A stretch of DNA of 60,232 nucleotides from Candidatus Hydrothermales bacterium (GTDB lineage Bacteria > Hydrothermota > Hydrothermia > Hydrothermales > JAJRUZ01): positions 1 to 60,232 of the forward strand of contig JBCNUW010000012.1 in assembly GCA_039630575.1 (NCBI GenBank), in the 5' to 3' direction. Shown piece by piece: positions 39,446 through 51,012 of the stretch (positions are counted from its first letter, which is position 1; each line of letters begins with the position of its first letter). The notes beneath the pieces are model-generated. The model was not told the DNA's origin, did no database searches, and saw only the letters and a program-made list of their open reading frames with translations. A program made the position numbers and the translations under genes.

Positions 39446-40611
39446 TGGAAGATTTAATTGAGCTAAATATAGGTCCACAACATCCAGCTACCCATGGTGT
39501 TATGCGTATTAAGATTTATCTTGATGGTGAAAAAATTAAAAAGGCTGAAACATTTATAGGCTTTTTACATAGAGGTTCAGAAAAAATCATGGAAAATTTA
39601 CCATATCAGAAAGCTATGATCTGGACTGATAGAATGGATTATACAGCTCCAATTTTACAAAATTGGGCATATGTTCTTGCAATTGAAAAACTTTTGAAAA
39701 TAAATGTTCCTGAAAGAGCAGAATATATAAGGGTAATACTTGGTGAACTTCAAAGAATTGCAGCTCATCTTGTATGGCTTGGAACTCATCTACTTGATCT
39801 CGGTTTAATGACAATTTTTATGTATACCTTTGAATTAAGAGAAAAAATACTTGATCTTTTTGAGGAAATTTCTGGCCAAAGGATGAATCCATCCTTTTTC
39901 AGAATTGGTGGTGTTGCTGCTGATGTACCTCATAACTTTCTCTCAAATGTAAAAAAGCTCTTACCAGAGATCTTAGAGAAAATTGACGAAATGGACAAAG
40001 TAATAAGAAATAACATAATATTTCAAAAGAGAACAAAGGGAATAGGTGTAATCCCACCTGATCTTGCAGTAGAGTATAACATCACAGGTCCTGTGCTGAG
40101 AGGTTCGGGTATAAAATATGATGTAAGAAAAAACTTTCCTTATTCAGTTTATAAAGATCTTGATTTTGATATACCAGTTTTTTATGAAGGAGATGTTTTT
40201 TCAAGATACATGGTTAGAATGGAAGAGATGAGATGGTCCACAAAAATAATAGATCAGGCAATAGAGAAAATTCCAGATGGAGAAATTCTAATAGATGATT
40301 TCAAAATTGTTCCACCACCAAAGGCAAAGATTTATAATTCAATCGAAGAAATGATACACCACTTTCTTTTAGTAACGGAGGGTTTTAAAGTTCCTGAAGG
40401 GGAAATTTATACTTCAGTTGAAAGTGCAAAGGGTGAATTTGGAGTTTACGTTATTTCGGATGGCTCCTCTAAACCTTATAGAGTCCACATAAGGTCTCCT
40501 TCTTTTGCAAACTTACAGATTCTTGAAAAAATCTTACCGGGACACTATATAGCAGATCTTGTAGCAATAATTGGGTCTTTAGATCCAGTTTTTGGAGAAG
40601 TTGATAGATAA
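39445..40611 (+). CDS. nuoD: NADH-quinone oxidoreductase subunit D
   Basis: GPQHPATHGV, LHRG.EK, DRMDY, ESAKGE, DPVFGEVDR; no Ni-binding CxxC. Confidence 0.95.
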   Translation: MEDLIELNIGPQHPATHGVMRIKIYLDGEKIKKAETFIGFLHRGSEKIMENLPYQKAMIWTDRMDYTAPILQNWAYVLAIEKLLKINVPERAEYIRVILGELQRIAAHLVWLGTHLLDLGLMTIFMYTFELREKILDLFEEISGQRMNPSFFRIGGVAADVPHNFLSNVKKLLPEILEKIDEMDKVIRNNIIFQKRTKGIGVIPPDLAVEYNITGPVLRGSGIKYDVRKNFPYSVYKDLDFDIPVFYEGDVFSRYMVRMEEMRWSTKIIDQAIEKIPDGEILIDDFKIVPPPKAKIYNSIEEMIHHFLLVTEGFKVPEGEIYTSVESAKGEFGVYVISDGSSKPYRVHIRSPSFANLQILEKILPGHYIADLVAIIGSLDPVFGEVDR

Positions 40612-41984
40612 TGAAACTCTTTGTTTTTGGTCTTGATGGAGTTCCTTTTAATTTTGTTGATGAAAAATTAAAAGATAAAATTCCAAACATAAAAAATTTG
40701 ATAGATGAATCACAGTACGGAATACTTAAAAGTATAATACCCCCTATTACTGTTCCTGCTTGGATTTGTATGTTATCAGGTAAGACACCAGGGGAGTTAG
40801 GAATATACGGTTTTAGAAACAGGAAAAGTGACGATTACAAATTAAAAGTTCTTTCCTCTTATGATGTCAAAGAGGATACTGTCTTAGAATTCTTATCAAA
40901 AAAAGGAAAAAAAGTAGTATCAATAGGAATACCACCATCTTACCCTCCAAGACCAATAAATGGAATTAGAATTTCTTGCTTTTTAACACCTGAGAAGGAA
41001 AGCAAATATTCCTATCCCGAAGAAATTAGTGGAATTATAGAAGAAAATTTTGGAAAATATATTTTTGATGTGAGAGGTTTCAGAACAGAAAAGAAAGAAT
41101 GGTTAAAGGAAGAAATTTTTAAAATGACTGAACAGCATTTTGAAATTGTTAAATATCTTGTGAAAAATATAAATTATGATCTTTTTTTCTTTGTAGAAAT
41201 GGGACCTGATAGAATTCACCATGGATTCTGGAGATTCTTTGATAAAACTCACAATCTCTATGAAAAGAATAATCTCTATGAAGAAGTAATACCTGAGTAT
41301 TATTCATTTCTTGACAAAAAGATTGGTGAAGTTCTTGAAATTTTACCAGAAGAGACATGGATCATGATTGTTTCAGACCATGGAGCAAAAAAAATAGAAG
41401 GATGTGTAGCTGTTAACGAGTTACTGATAAAGGAAGGTTTTCTTAAACTTAAGGAAAATATAAAAGAGCAAAAAAGACTAGAACCTGAAATGATTGACTT
41501 TAAAAAGACATTGGCCTATGGGGAGGGAGGTTATTATTCAAGAGTTTATTTGAACATAAAAGAAAGAGATAGAGAAGGAGTTATCGATAAAAGAGATTAT
41601 GAGAGAATAAGAAAAGAGTTAAAAGAAATTTTTGAAGGTTTAAAAAATGAGGAAAATAAAAACATCGGTACAAAAGCCTATTATCCTGAGGAAATATATC
41701 CTGAAGTTAAAGGTTTTCCACCGGATTTGATTGTAATTTTTGGTGATCTTGATTATAGAAGTGTTGGTTCAGTTGGGATTGGAAAAATATTTACACTTGA
41801 AAACGATACAGGACCTGACGATGCTAATCATTCTTATGAGGGAATTTACATTATAAGAGCACCGGATAAAAAACTAAAAGGTAGAAAAGATGGAAGTATA
41901 TACGATATTACAAACACAATAATGAAGATTTTTGAATTTGATGAAATTGAAATATCACCTTTGAGGGGGAAAAGTTTGATTTAA
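40611..41984 (+). CDS. Alkaline-phosphatase-superfamily phosphodiesterase / nucleotide pyrophosphatase
   Basis: GLDG, PPITVPAW (Thr nucleophile), DRIHHGFW, VSDHG, DDANH. Confidence 0.85.
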   Translation: MKLFVFGLDGVPFNFVDEKLKDKIPNIKNLIDESQYGILKSIIPPITVPAWICMLSGKTPGELGIYGFRNRKSDDYKLKVLSSYDVKEDTVLEFLSKKGKKVVSIGIPPSYPPRPINGIRISCFLTPEKESKYSYPEEISGIIEENFGKYIFDVRGFRTEKKEWLKEEIFKMTEQHFEIVKYLVKNINYDLFFFVEMGPDRIHHGFWRFFDKTHNLYEKNNLYEEVIPEYYSFLDKKIGEVLEILPEETWIMIVSDHGAKKIEGCVAVNELLIKEGFLKLKENIKEQKRLEPEMIDFKKTLAYGEGGYYSRVYLNIKERDREGVIDKRDYERIRKELKEIFEGLKNEENKNIGTKAYYPEEIYPEVKGFPPDLIVIFGDLDYRSVGSVGIGKIFTLENDTGPDDANHSYEGIYIIRAPDKKLKGRKDGSIYDITNTIMKIFEFDEIEISPLRGKSLI

Positions 41985-43096
41985 TGATTGAAGAAAAACC
42001 TAAACTGAGATATTTTGACGTAGTACCACAAAGTAAGGGGTTTATTTTAGTTGATCCCTTTTCCATATCAAAAGAAATGTTTTTATCAAAAAACTCTTTT
42101 CTTTTATTGACACTAATTGATGGAAAAGGTACTATTTCCGATATAAAGTCAAAATATTTGAAAATAACAGGTATTATTTTATCTGATATTGAGATAATTA
42201 ACTTTATAAATGCCCTTGATCAAAATTTTTTACTTTATAATGAGAGATTTTTAGAGAGAGTAAAAAAAGAAAAAGAAAAAATTAAAAATGAAAACTTTAA
42301 GGAAATAAAATATGGGAATAATTTAGAAGAATTAAAGGAAAGTATAAGTAAAAAATATTTTGAATTTACAAAAAGAATTAAGGGGGTTATAGTTCCTCAT
42401 ATTGATCTTAAGGCTGCAATTACAACTTATCAGAAATTTTTTTCTATACTTCAGAGCATAAAAGAAAAAATAATATTTGTATTTGGTGTTCCTCATTTTT
42501 GGTATGAGTTACCTTTTTCAATTTTTCCGAAAAACTTCATGGTTGGAGAAAAGATTGTTGAGAGTGATTTGGCGCTTATAGAAAAAATTTCAAAAGTATT
42601 TGATTACGATATAACTGCTGACTTTTTTGCCTACAAAAGAGAACATTCAATTGAATTTCCTGTTTTATTTATAAGTTTTCTTAATGAAAACAAAAAGGTA
42701 ATCACATCTCTCGTATCAGAAAGTAACGTAAAAAAACTTAAAGAGATTTCAAAGAAAATTACAGAAGTTTTGAAGGATTTAAAAGAGGATATATTTTTGA
42801 TATCAAGTATTGATCTTTCTCATGTTGGTAGAAAATTTGGTGATGAAAAGAGTTATGATCCAGAAGAGGTAGATAAAATATATATCGATTCAATATTAAA
42901 TCTTGAGAACGAAAAGGCTTTTGAACTTTTAGAAAAAAACGAAAACAGAACAAGAATAGATGGTAAAAATACAAACTTTTTATTTTTGGAAATCTTGAAA
43001 GAATTTAACATAAAAAAAGGAAATTTAATAGATTATAAAAAACATTACGAAGAACTGTCAGACTCAATAGTTACCTATGCTCTTATGGTTTTTTGA
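41984..43096 (+). CDS. MEMO1 / AmmeMemoRadiSam protein B family
   Basis: VPHID, EHSIEF, SIDLSHVG.KFGD; N-terminal small winged-helix-like extension. Confidence 0.82.
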   Translation: MIEEKPKLRYFDVVPQSKGFILVDPFSISKEMFLSKNSFLLLTLIDGKGTISDIKSKYLKITGIILSDIEIINFINALDQNFLLYNERFLERVKKEKEKIKNENFKEIKYGNNLEELKESISKKYFEFTKRIKGVIVPHIDLKAAITTYQKFFSILQSIKEKIIFVFGVPHFWYELPFSIFPKNFMVGEKIVESDLALIEKISKVFDYDITADFFAYKREHSIEFPVLFISFLNENKKVITSLVSESNVKKLKEISKKITEVLKDLKEDIFLISSIDLSHVGRKFGDEKSYDPEEVDKIYIDSILNLENEKAFELLEKNENRTRIDGKNTNFLFLEILKEFNIKKGNLIDYKKHYEELSDSIVTYALMVF

Positions 43097-43347
43097 TTAT
43101 TTTTAAGAGTTCTCAAAATACATAATCGGCGATTTGAAAATAAAATAATAAAAAAGGCTTATGAAATTTTCCTTATTTTAAAGATACTCTCATTTTTTCC
43201 TAATTATTTTTTTCTCCTAACTTTTTATTAATACTTAGCAAGGTTAATTTTACTTTTTGCAATTTCATAATCATGTCAACCTCCGCAAAATTTAAAATTT
43301 GTTTGAGAGGTATCAAAGTTAATACTATCACAGGATATTTTTGGCCA

Positions 43348-43440
43348 TTACCACTTTCTTAAATAATTTTCTTTAACATAAGAATTACATTTTTCACAAA
43401 ATTCATGAACTTCTTTATATCTATTATGGTTATCATATAA
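43348..43440 (-). pseudogene. Possible FdhE C-terminal remnant
   Basis: Start-less frame LYDNHNRYKEVHEFCEKCNSYVKENYLRKW* resembling the CxxCxxY.K motif of FdhE. Confidence 0.3.
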
Positions 43441-43497
43441 AAGATTAAAAGAGTTAAAACTTTTATAGGAAATTTATAAAATTTTTATTTTCTTTTT

Positions 43498-45681
43498 TTA
43501 ACCTTCCTTTTTATTTTCTGAATTTATATTATAAGTTAAAAGTATCACTTTATCTTTAAACATATATGTATTAAGAGGATAGACGTCAGGATCAAAAATT
43601 GTAAAGTAAAAATGCCATACGAGTATGGAAAGTGTTGCAAGTATTGCTTCATAGAAATGAATAATAAGAAAAACTTCAAATAACCAGGCAGGAAAGAGAT
43701 TTAGGAAAAAATTCTTAAACCAAAGAAATATACCTGTTGTTCCCATTATACCTGTCCCCCATATTAAAGCCCAGAATTCAAACTTTTCATAAAAAGTAAA
43801 AGGGTGACCCAGTTCAGGTTTTTCTTTTTTTATACCAAGGTTATAAAGAAAAAGATTTATAGCATCAGTTAGATCCTTAAAGTTAAATATAAGTCTTTTA
43901 AACTTTTCTCTTCCACTTGATGTAAAGATTACTAAAACAAACATCAAAAGAAAAATCATTAACATAAGTGTTCCTGCAATCCTATGAAGATAGGCTCTCA
44001 AAGCACCGTCACCTATTCTTACGAAGAAACTGAATAATATATTATCAGGATAATGATGAGCAAACCCTGTATACACAAGGATGAAAAAAGAAATTATATG
44101 AATCAAATGCATTCTCCTCTCTATTTTTGAAAATCTTGAATTTTTTACTTCTTTAGCTTCCAAATTTCTAAATTTATCAATCCTATATTCTCTTACTTTC
44201 TTCAAATAATCTAAAAAACAATAAATTATCATTCCTCCTATTGTTATTAATATGAGCAATGTGTAAAATATTCTAACAATTTTTTTAACCATAGCTACTT
44301 TCACGCTAACAACTTCATGAACTGGTCCGATTGCTACGCTTTCAGCTATCCCCTTATGGCATTTTCCACATGTTTGAGGCAGATTTTTCTTATTAACAGG
44401 AGATTCAGGGTCATCTGAAGGTAATATAGAATGATTACCATGACAAGATGCACAGTTTGCAGCCTTTATATTACCAGCCATCAGTTTAATTCCGTGATAA
44501 CTTGAAAGGAAATCCTTAAGTTCCATAACAGGGATTCCATATCGCTCGTAAAGTCTTACACTTTCGTGACAATCCGTGCATGTTTTAGGAACATTAATAG
44601 GATACACAGGTGATAGAGGATTCCAAGGGGGTAAAATCCTATGTTCTGAATGGCAGTCAATACAGGATGGTGCTTGAAAATTACCATACCTTATGGCTCT
44701 AAAATGATTACTTTTTACATAATCTTCGTACTCTAATTTGTGACATTTTGAACAAGTCAAAGGAACATTCTGTTTATAAATTGAAGATTTTATATCAGTA
44801 TGAGATCTTATGTTATGAATACCATGGCAATCAGAACAAGAGGCTCCTTTTTTTCCTTTTAAAATCATTTCATGATGGATTCCCTGTTCATACATTTCAT
44901 AGGGATTTTTTATTGGAATTCCCCATTTTTCGGCAAATTCAGGAATTGAATGGCATTTTCCACATGTCTTTGATAGATTTGAATAATATACACTTGAATT
45001 TTTATCAAAAGAATAAAAAATATCATGACTACCATGACAATCCCAACATTGTGCTGCAGGTACCTTCTCCTTCAATGCTAATCCATGAATACTTTCTTTA
45101 TACTCCTCAAACTCTCTTCTATGGCAATATCCACAATCCTCTGAACTAGTTTTCTTAACATGCTTTTTATCAGGTTTTAAACTAAATACTATTCTGTGGC
45201 AATCAATACACTCGTGTTTCTTGTGAACAGACTTTTTAACTATTTCACTTAATTTTACCCCATGACAACTGATACATTTTTGGGATGGATACAAAATTAC
45301 ATGGTATTTTTGTGGAACCATAATAGATGGGTGACAGGTTATACAAAACTTATCTAAATCAACAGGATGTAATTTCGAACCCTTCTCTAAGACAAATGGA
45401 ATATCATGTGTCCCATGACAATCTTTGCAGTCAGGAGCCTTCAAATTCCCCCTTCTTCTTGCTCTTTCATGAGGATCTATCTCATAGGCACCCATCTCCT
45501 CTCTGTGACACATAATACAGTCAACCTTTGTTAAGGGAACATCATGGGGTAATTCTCTTATAGTCCTATGACAGTCAACACATTTCATATCTTGGTGTGC
45601 TCTTCCCGGTAATTTAACATCTTCATGACATTCAAGACATTGAAAATTCTCGAGGGAAACAAGAAAATATAATATTAACAT
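43498..45681 (-). CDS. 16-heme cytochrome c fused to FdnI-type cytochrome b (extended CbcL-like)
   Basis: 16 CxxCH; C-terminal cytochrome b with ERRMH, LHRIAG, YEKFEFWALIWG, HFYEAILA, WHFY. Confidence 0.88.
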   Translation of the reverse strand: MLILYFLVSLENFQCLECHEDVKLPGRAHQDMKCVDCHRTIRELPHDVPLTKVDCIMCHREEMGAYEIDPHERARRRGNLKAPDCKDCHGTHDIPFVLEKGSKLHPVDLDKFCITCHPSIMVPQKYHVILYPSQKCISCHGVKLSEIVKKSVHKKHECIDCHRIVFSLKPDKKHVKKTSSEDCGYCHRREFEEYKESIHGLALKEKVPAAQCWDCHGSHDIFYSFDKNSSVYYSNLSKTCGKCHSIPEFAEKWGIPIKNPYEMYEQGIHHEMILKGKKGASCSDCHGIHNIRSHTDIKSSIYKQNVPLTCSKCHKLEYEDYVKSNHFRAIRYGNFQAPSCIDCHSEHRILPPWNPLSPVYPINVPKTCTDCHESVRLYERYGIPVMELKDFLSSYHGIKLMAGNIKAANCASCHGNHSILPSDDPESPVNKKNLPQTCGKCHKGIAESVAIGPVHEVVSVKVAMVKKIVRIFYTLLILITIGGMIIYCFLDYLKKVREYRIDKFRNLEAKEVKNSRFSKIERRMHLIHIISFFILVYTGFAHHYPDNILFSFFVRIGDGALRAYLHRIAGTLMLMIFLLMFVLVIFTSSGREKFKRLIFNFKDLTDAINLFLYNLGIKKEKPELGHPFTFYEKFEFWALIWGTGIMGTTGIFLWFKNFFLNLFPAWLFEVFLIIHFYEAILATLSILVWHFYFTIFDPDVYPLNTYMFKDKVILLTYNINSENKKEG

Positions 45682-45683
45682 TA

Positions 45684-47600
45684 TTAGCCTCTTAAATTAT
45701 TATACATCTTTATTTTATCTAAAAACTCTCTCATAAAAATTAAGTTATGAGAACCAAAAGAACCTTCAATTTTAAATTTTTCGTAGTCTTTTAAAAATTT
45801 GTAAAAAATTTCAATTTCTTTCTTACTTTTAATTTTTTTTAATATTTCATGAACATTAACTTCAAAATTACTTATCTCTCTTTTAATGCTATCAAGATCT
45901 TTTTTAAAGTTTTCTTCATAATCTCTCTCGTGACAGTTTGAACAAACTGAAGGAGAGGGCTTTACTATAAATCTGTTCTGTAGGTGGCAATCCACACACC
46001 CAATTTCAGCATTTTTCATATAATCAGGTGAGCTTGACAAATATTCTCCACTATAGAACTTTTTTTGAATTTCATGGCATTTTTCACAATCTTTTTCGTT
46101 CTTCATATGATGACAAGAATTACAATCTTCTGCAACCTCTTTTAGTTTTCCATGAGAAACTTCACTTGGTTTAACTTCAAAATGACATGTTATACAACTG
46201 TTTTTGAAAAGATGAGGTCCGTGGGTAAACTCTCTGTCTTTAAAATTAATAACACTGTTTTCTATCCCGAAATGGCAATTTATACACTCTGAATTTTCTG
46301 AATAAATTTTTTCTAAGGTCGGTTTTTTTGTCTCAATTTTCAACTCCCTTTCAACTTCGTCAAGTAAAAGATTTACATATTTTATATTATGGGCTCCAAA
46401 ACTTTTATCTTCTTCGATTAGCAAGAGATTTAAATCAACTTTCCTTTTATTATAATTTAAAATCCCAAATTCTCTTAAAACTGAGTAGATTTTTTCCTTT
46501 TTCTTTATTAATTCTATTCTTTTTTTAATTAAACTTTGCCATCTTAAAAGTAACTTGTCAAATTTCTTCCCATGACATGAAATACAGGAAGATGGTTTTG
46601 CCTTTGGAATTCCAAAATGAATTCCAAGATCAGTCTTTTTGAGTTCAGCTTTGTGACAACCTTGACATATTACACCGGCTAGAAACATTCTGTCAGGTAA
46701 ACTTGGCACATCAATACCTCCCACACCAGAATAAATTTTTTCTTGAATAAGATGAGTATTTCCATGACATTCTTGACATACTGGAGAAAAAACCTGAAAA
46801 GTACTAAACTTTCCATGCTTTATTTCTTCATGACATTTAAAGCAAGATATATTTTTAAAATTAACATGCATCTCATGAATTTTTTTATAATTTTTAAAAT
46901 CAAAAGTAGGCTTTAAATGGCAATCCTTACATCTTTCCGAATCAACATCCCCCCTACCTGTGGTTGTTTCTCTATGACAAGTTTGGCAGTTTATACCAAC
47001 TTTAATATAATCTGAGTGTTTAAAGGGTACACCCCAAATTAAAAGTTCTTCCGCTGGTGAGTGATGGCAAGTAGTGCACTCTCCCCTAGCCTCAAAATCT
47101 CCACCAATGAAATGACATAAAAAACAAACTTTTTGAGAAATAGCTGTATGACTACCCTGGACTAATTCAGAATGGCAGTTTTGACAGTTAAATTTAAATT
47201 TTATCTTGTTCTCATCCAAATGGAACAGATGAGTAAAATAAACATTTTTTCCCTTTAATTTTAATTTTCTATTTATGTAATCTTCTTTCTTATGGCATGA
47301 TAAACAAACCTCATCTTTAACTTTTGTTTGTATTTCTGTATTATAGACACCAGCAAAGTATCTGATAATTTCTCCAAAGAGCCTCACCTTTCCTCCCAAA
47401 TAATCTTTGAAAGTAGGACCATAGTGGCATTTATAACAAGGTACAGTGTTATGAGTAGAAGTAAGCCAATTTTCATAGAAACCTTTCATAAAATGGCAAT
47501 TTTTACAGAACTCTGGGTCATCTGTTACTCTAACAAAAAGTACAAAAAGGTAAATTGAAAAAATTAAAAATAAAGAAAATAATATTAAGATTTTTTTCAT
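45684..47600 (-). CDS. Membrane-anchored 18-heme cytochrome c with NapC/NrfH-like N-terminus
   Basis: TM helix, then [20 protein letters not shown]; 18 CxxCH; GAHN and GSHN after helical segments. Confidence 0.85.
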   Translation of the reverse strand: MKKILILFSLFLIFSIYLFVLFVRVTDDPEFCKNCHFMKGFYENWLTSTHNTVPCYKCHYGPTFKDYLGGKVRLFGEIIRYFAGVYNTEIQTKVKDEVCLSCHKKEDYINRKLKLKGKNVYFTHLFHLDENKIKFKFNCQNCHSELVQGSHTAISQKVCFLCHFIGGDFEARGECTTCHHSPAEELLIWGVPFKHSDYIKVGINCQTCHRETTTGRGDVDSERCKDCHLKPTFDFKNYKKIHEMHVNFKNISCFKCHEEIKHGKFSTFQVFSPVCQECHGNTHLIQEKIYSGVGGIDVPSLPDRMFLAGVICQGCHKAELKKTDLGIHFGIPKAKPSSCISCHGKKFDKLLLRWQSLIKKRIELIKKKEKIYSVLREFGILNYNKRKVDLNLLLIEEDKSFGAHNIKYVNLLLDEVERELKIETKKPTLEKIYSENSECINCHFGIENSVINFKDREFTHGPHLFKNSCITCHFEVKPSEVSHGKLKEVAEDCNSCHHMKNEKDCEKCHEIQKKFYSGEYLSSSPDYMKNAEIGCVDCHLQNRFIVKPSPSVCSNCHERDYEENFKKDLDSIKREISNFEVNVHEILKKIKSKKEIEIFYKFLKDYEKFKIEGSFGSHNLIFMREFLDKIKMYNNLRG

Positions 47601-48457
47601 ATCTCCTCTTTTTCTTTGATAATTTTTTCGTATTCAAGAGGGTGTTCTTTAATCATTCTCTCTTTCGAAATTTTCCCAGTAAATATTGTTGGATTAAATG
47701 GAAAAACATCAGGATTAAAATGGGCATTATAAAAGTGCCAAATAAGGATAGCAAGTGTTGCAAGAAGAGCCTCATCTGAATGAGCTTCCTTTGCAATATC
47801 TATGACAAACTTTGGTAATATTCCAAGAAAAAAATTATGAAACCATAGAATTATACCAGTTGAAACCATTATAACCATCCCCCAATACACAGCCCAATAA
47901 TCAAATTTTTCTATATATGAAAATCTTCCAAACTTGGGGGGTTCTTTAGAGAGACCAAGAAAGAATTTTATATTTTGGAAAAAATCTTTAAAATCTTTTT
48001 TTCTTGGAAGAAGTTCAAAAAAATTCATTCTACCTTCTTTCGTAAAAACTAAATAAAGCATATGCCATACTGAAACAAAAATTAAAATAACAGCACCAAT
48101 CCTATGTAAAAGTCTTGATACCTGAATACCACCTATAAGCTTAAAAAATACCTTTGCCCATAAAGCATCATGAAACTTTATTGGTAAACCTGTGATGATT
48201 AGAATCAAAACACCAGTTGCAAGAAAAAAATGCTGAAGTCTAACATTTAGACTAAACCTTATAAAATATTCCCCCTCTCTGAGTTCCCTCTTCTCTCTTT
48301 CTTTCTTTTCCCTCTCTCTTTTTATTTTCTCAAACTCAGCCTTATACTTTTTTTTAATTTCGCTTTTTATTTTTTCTCTTAATTTACCTTCAAGTAAAAC
48401 TTCCTCTTCAATTTCAATTTCCTTTAAAACCTCTTCTTCAAAGTTTTTATTCTCCAT
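47597..48457 (-). CDS. FdnI/HydC-type di-heme cytochrome b subunit
   Basis: [36 protein letters not shown]; start 48457 after SD AGGAG; charged N-terminal coil. Confidence 0.88.
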   Translation of the reverse strand: MENKNFEEEVLKEIEIEEEVLLEGKLREKIKSEIKKKYKAEFEKIKREREKKEREKRELREGEYFIRFSLNVRLQHFFLATGVLILIITGLPIKFHDALWAKVFFKLIGGIQVSRLLHRIGAVILIFVSVWHMLYLVFTKEGRMNFFELLPRKKDFKDFFQNIKFFLGLSKEPPKFGRFSYIEKFDYWAVYWGMVIMVSTGIILWFHNFFLGILPKFVIDIAKEAHSDEALLATLAILIWHFYNAHFNPDVFPFNPTIFTGKISKERMIKEHPLEYEKIIKEKEEI

Positions 48458-49466
48458 ATCTTTTACTCCTGAATCTTCCATAAAGATCAAGGAGTATATG
48501 TAAAACAAGTGCAGTAATTACAAAAATAGTAAAAAATTTAAAAAAATTATAAACATAAAATACAACTCCAGATTCCCTCTCCCAAGGCAATAGATGAACT
48601 CTTCCTTTTGCAACATTATGTGAAGCATTGGGGTGACATTTGCCACATGTCTTCGGAAGGTTTTCTGGATGAATTGGAGAGAGCGGATCATCCTGAGGCA
48701 AAATCTTATGATATTCGTGACAGGAAACACAGTTAGCAGCCTTCAAAACACCGAATTCTAGAGCAATCCCATGAAAACTCTCTTTGTAAGCTTCTATATT
48801 TTTAACAGAAACACCTGCTTTTTTCATTAACTCTAAATTACCATGGCATTTCTCACAGGTTCTTAGAACATTTTTAGGGTACAAACTAGATCTAGGATCT
48901 TCAGCTGGTAATATATCATGTTCTCTATGACAATCAATACATACAGCTGAGGAAAGAAAACCTTTTTTAATTCCATTCCAATGAACTGAAGCTTCATAAT
49001 CACCCCGTTGAGTAGAGTGACACTTTCCACAAGTTGTAGGAATATTCTTTTTAAAAATACTCGATAAACTATCATTAGGTGGTCTAACATTATGAATACC
49101 ATGACAATCGAAACAATCTGGTGCTTTTTTACCCTCAGTTTTTGCTCTACTGTGGATACTTTCCTTATATTTTTCAGGTCTTTTTAAAACAGGGGCATCA
49201 ACCACATTACCTTCAAAGTGACATTGTAAACAATGTATTTCTCTCGGTTTTGTAAGATGTGGAATAACCGTTACATCATTGTGACAGTTTACACAAATAA
49301 ACTTACTATGAACAGAATTCTTAATATCATCATAATTCACATAAAGACTTATAAAATCACTGTTTTTTAAAATACCGAAATCTTTTTTTCCGTGACACAT
49401 AAGGCACTTTAAGTTTTCTTCCTCCTTAAATTGAATTAAAATAAACAAAAATAGTAAAGATTTCAT
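48447..49466 (-). CDS. Nonaheme cytochrome c with C-terminal TM helix
   Basis: 9 CxxCH; TM helix ending LHILLD. Confidence 0.88.
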   Translation of the reverse strand: MKSLLFLFILIQFKEEENLKCLMCHGKKDFGILKNSDFISLYVNYDDIKNSVHSKFICVNCHNDVTVIPHLTKPREIHCLQCHFEGNVVDAPVLKRPEKYKESIHSRAKTEGKKAPDCFDCHGIHNVRPPNDSLSSIFKKNIPTTCGKCHSTQRGDYEASVHWNGIKKGFLSSAVCIDCHREHDILPAEDPRSSLYPKNVLRTCEKCHGNLELMKKAGVSVKNIEAYKESFHGIALEFGVLKAANCVSCHEYHKILPQDDPLSPIHPENLPKTCGKCHPNASHNVAKGRVHLLPWERESGVVFYVYNFFKFFTIFVITALVLHILLDLYGRFRSKRYGE

Positions 49467-50131
49467 TTTTCCTTCAGTCTTTTATATTCAAGATAATGAT
49501 TTTCCTTTAACCACTCTTCATCTACATAACCATTCCAAAAAGATAGATTAATCGGAAAGTTGGAAGGTGAAAGATGAACAATATAAAAATGCCATAAAAC
49601 TAAAAAAATTATAAATAAAGTAGCAGTCCAAGAATGAACTGCAAAAGAAAGGTCAAAAATCCATTTTGGAAAAACATAAAAAAAGAAATCATGAAACATA
49701 AGAATTACACCAGAAAAAATCATCAAGAGCAAAAAAAGGGAAACCGTCCAGTATTGCAATTTTTCTTTGTAGGAATACCTGTCAAATTCTGGCTTTTTAT
49801 CTATTTTACCTATGTTGTAAAGAACACTGTTAATGAGATCAAAAAAATCTCTTTTACAAGGTAAAAGTAATTTGAACTCTTTTCTACCCTCTTTTGTAAA
49901 AAATATATAAAAAACATGGTATATTGTAGTAAAAATTAAAATAAAAGCTGAAAATCTATGAAGACTACCCCTTGCTTCGAATCCACCCTCAAGAAAAATC
50001 AAAACTTTCCCAAAAAGGGTGTGAGAATACTTTAAAGAAAATCCTGAAAGAATTAGCAAAAAAACACTTATCATAAGTAACATGTGTTGAACTCTCCATG
50101 TTCTTGAAAATCTTAAGATTTTATTTTCCAT
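49463..50131 (-). CDS. FdnI/HydC-type cytochrome b subunit
   Basis: RVQH, LHRFSA, YKEKLQYW, VHSWTA, WHFY. Confidence 0.87.
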   Translation of the reverse strand: MENKILRFSRTWRVQHMLLMISVFLLILSGFSLKYSHTLFGKVLIFLEGGFEARGSLHRFSAFILIFTTIYHVFYIFFTKEGRKEFKLLLPCKRDFFDLINSVLYNIGKIDKKPEFDRYSYKEKLQYWTVSLFLLLMIFSGVILMFHDFFFYVFPKWIFDLSFAVHSWTATLFIIFLVLWHFYIVHLSPSNFPINLSFWNGYVDEEWLKENHYLEYKRLKEK

Positions 50132-50133
50132 AT

Positions 50134-51012
50134 CTACCTCCTTTTCTTGATATTTATATAAAGATCAAATATTATATGGGTAACAAAACCAATTAAAAGA
50201 ACTGAAATTAAAACAGTATAAAAGACTCTAACAGCAAAAACATAAGGTGCAACCTCCCTTCTTGCTTCAACGTGAATCTTTCCCTGAGCAAACTTAATAT
50301 CGGCTTTGGGATGACACTTTCCACAGGTCTTTGGAATATTTTCAGGATGTATAGAACTTTTCTTATCACTATTTGGTAATATAAGGTGAGTTTCATGACA
50401 GGAAACACAGTTTGCTGATTTCAAAAATCCCTGCTCCAAGTAAAGCCCATGATAGCTACTTAAATAAGTTTTATACCTCCGTGGTGGTAATCCATATTTT
50501 TCTGTTATTGCTTTATTTTCATGGCAATTAGCACAGGTTTTAGGAATATTCTTAAAATAGATAGGTGACTCTTTCTTCTCAGAGGAGAGAATAAAGTGTT
50601 CTGAATGACAATCTATACATGAAGGAGCATCTTTAGATCCCTTTTTAAGAGCAGTAAAATGAATACTCTCATTATACTCTTTACCCTCCTTTACATGGCA
50701 GTTTGAGCATTTCTCCGAAATTAATATTTTATAACCGGAAAATTTAAAAGATAAAACTTTATGGGTTCCGTGACAAGAATAACATTCAAGATGTCCATAG
50801 TGTTCACTTTTATAAAAAAATACTAAAACATCTTCATGACAGTTTAAACAGATTTTCTTTTTTTCAGGATGTGGATACTTATCAAAATCTATATGACAAT
50901 CAACACAACTTAGGGCTCTATGAGGAGAACTTTTTAAACTGTCGTATATCTCCTTTAGATGACATTCTAAACAGTTAAAATTGTTTATTAGTAAGCTTAA
51001 ACATAATATCAT
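50134..51012 (-). CDS. Nonaheme cytochrome c with C-terminal TM helix
   Basis: 9 CxxCH; TM helix ending THIIFD. Confidence 0.88.
   Translation of the reverse strand: MILCLSLLINNFNCLECHLKEIYDSLKSSPHRALSCVDCHIDFDKYPHPEKKKICLNCHEDVLVFFYKSEHYGHLECYSCHGTHKVLSFKFSGYKILISEKCSNCHVKEGKEYNESIHFTALKKGSKDAPSCIDCHSEHFILSSEKKESPIYFKNIPKTCANCHENKAITEKYGLPPRRYKTYLSSYHGLYLEQGFLKSANCVSCHETHLILPNSDKKSSIHPENIPKTCGKCHPKADIKFAQGKIHVEARREVAPYVFAVRVFYTVLISVLLIGFVTHIIFDLYINIKKRR

Noticed and set aside
38511..40611. Group 4 NiFe hydrogenase reading of nuoBCD (tempting given the Ni/Co transporter)
   Set aside because: The large subunit lacks both CxxC Ni-binding motifs
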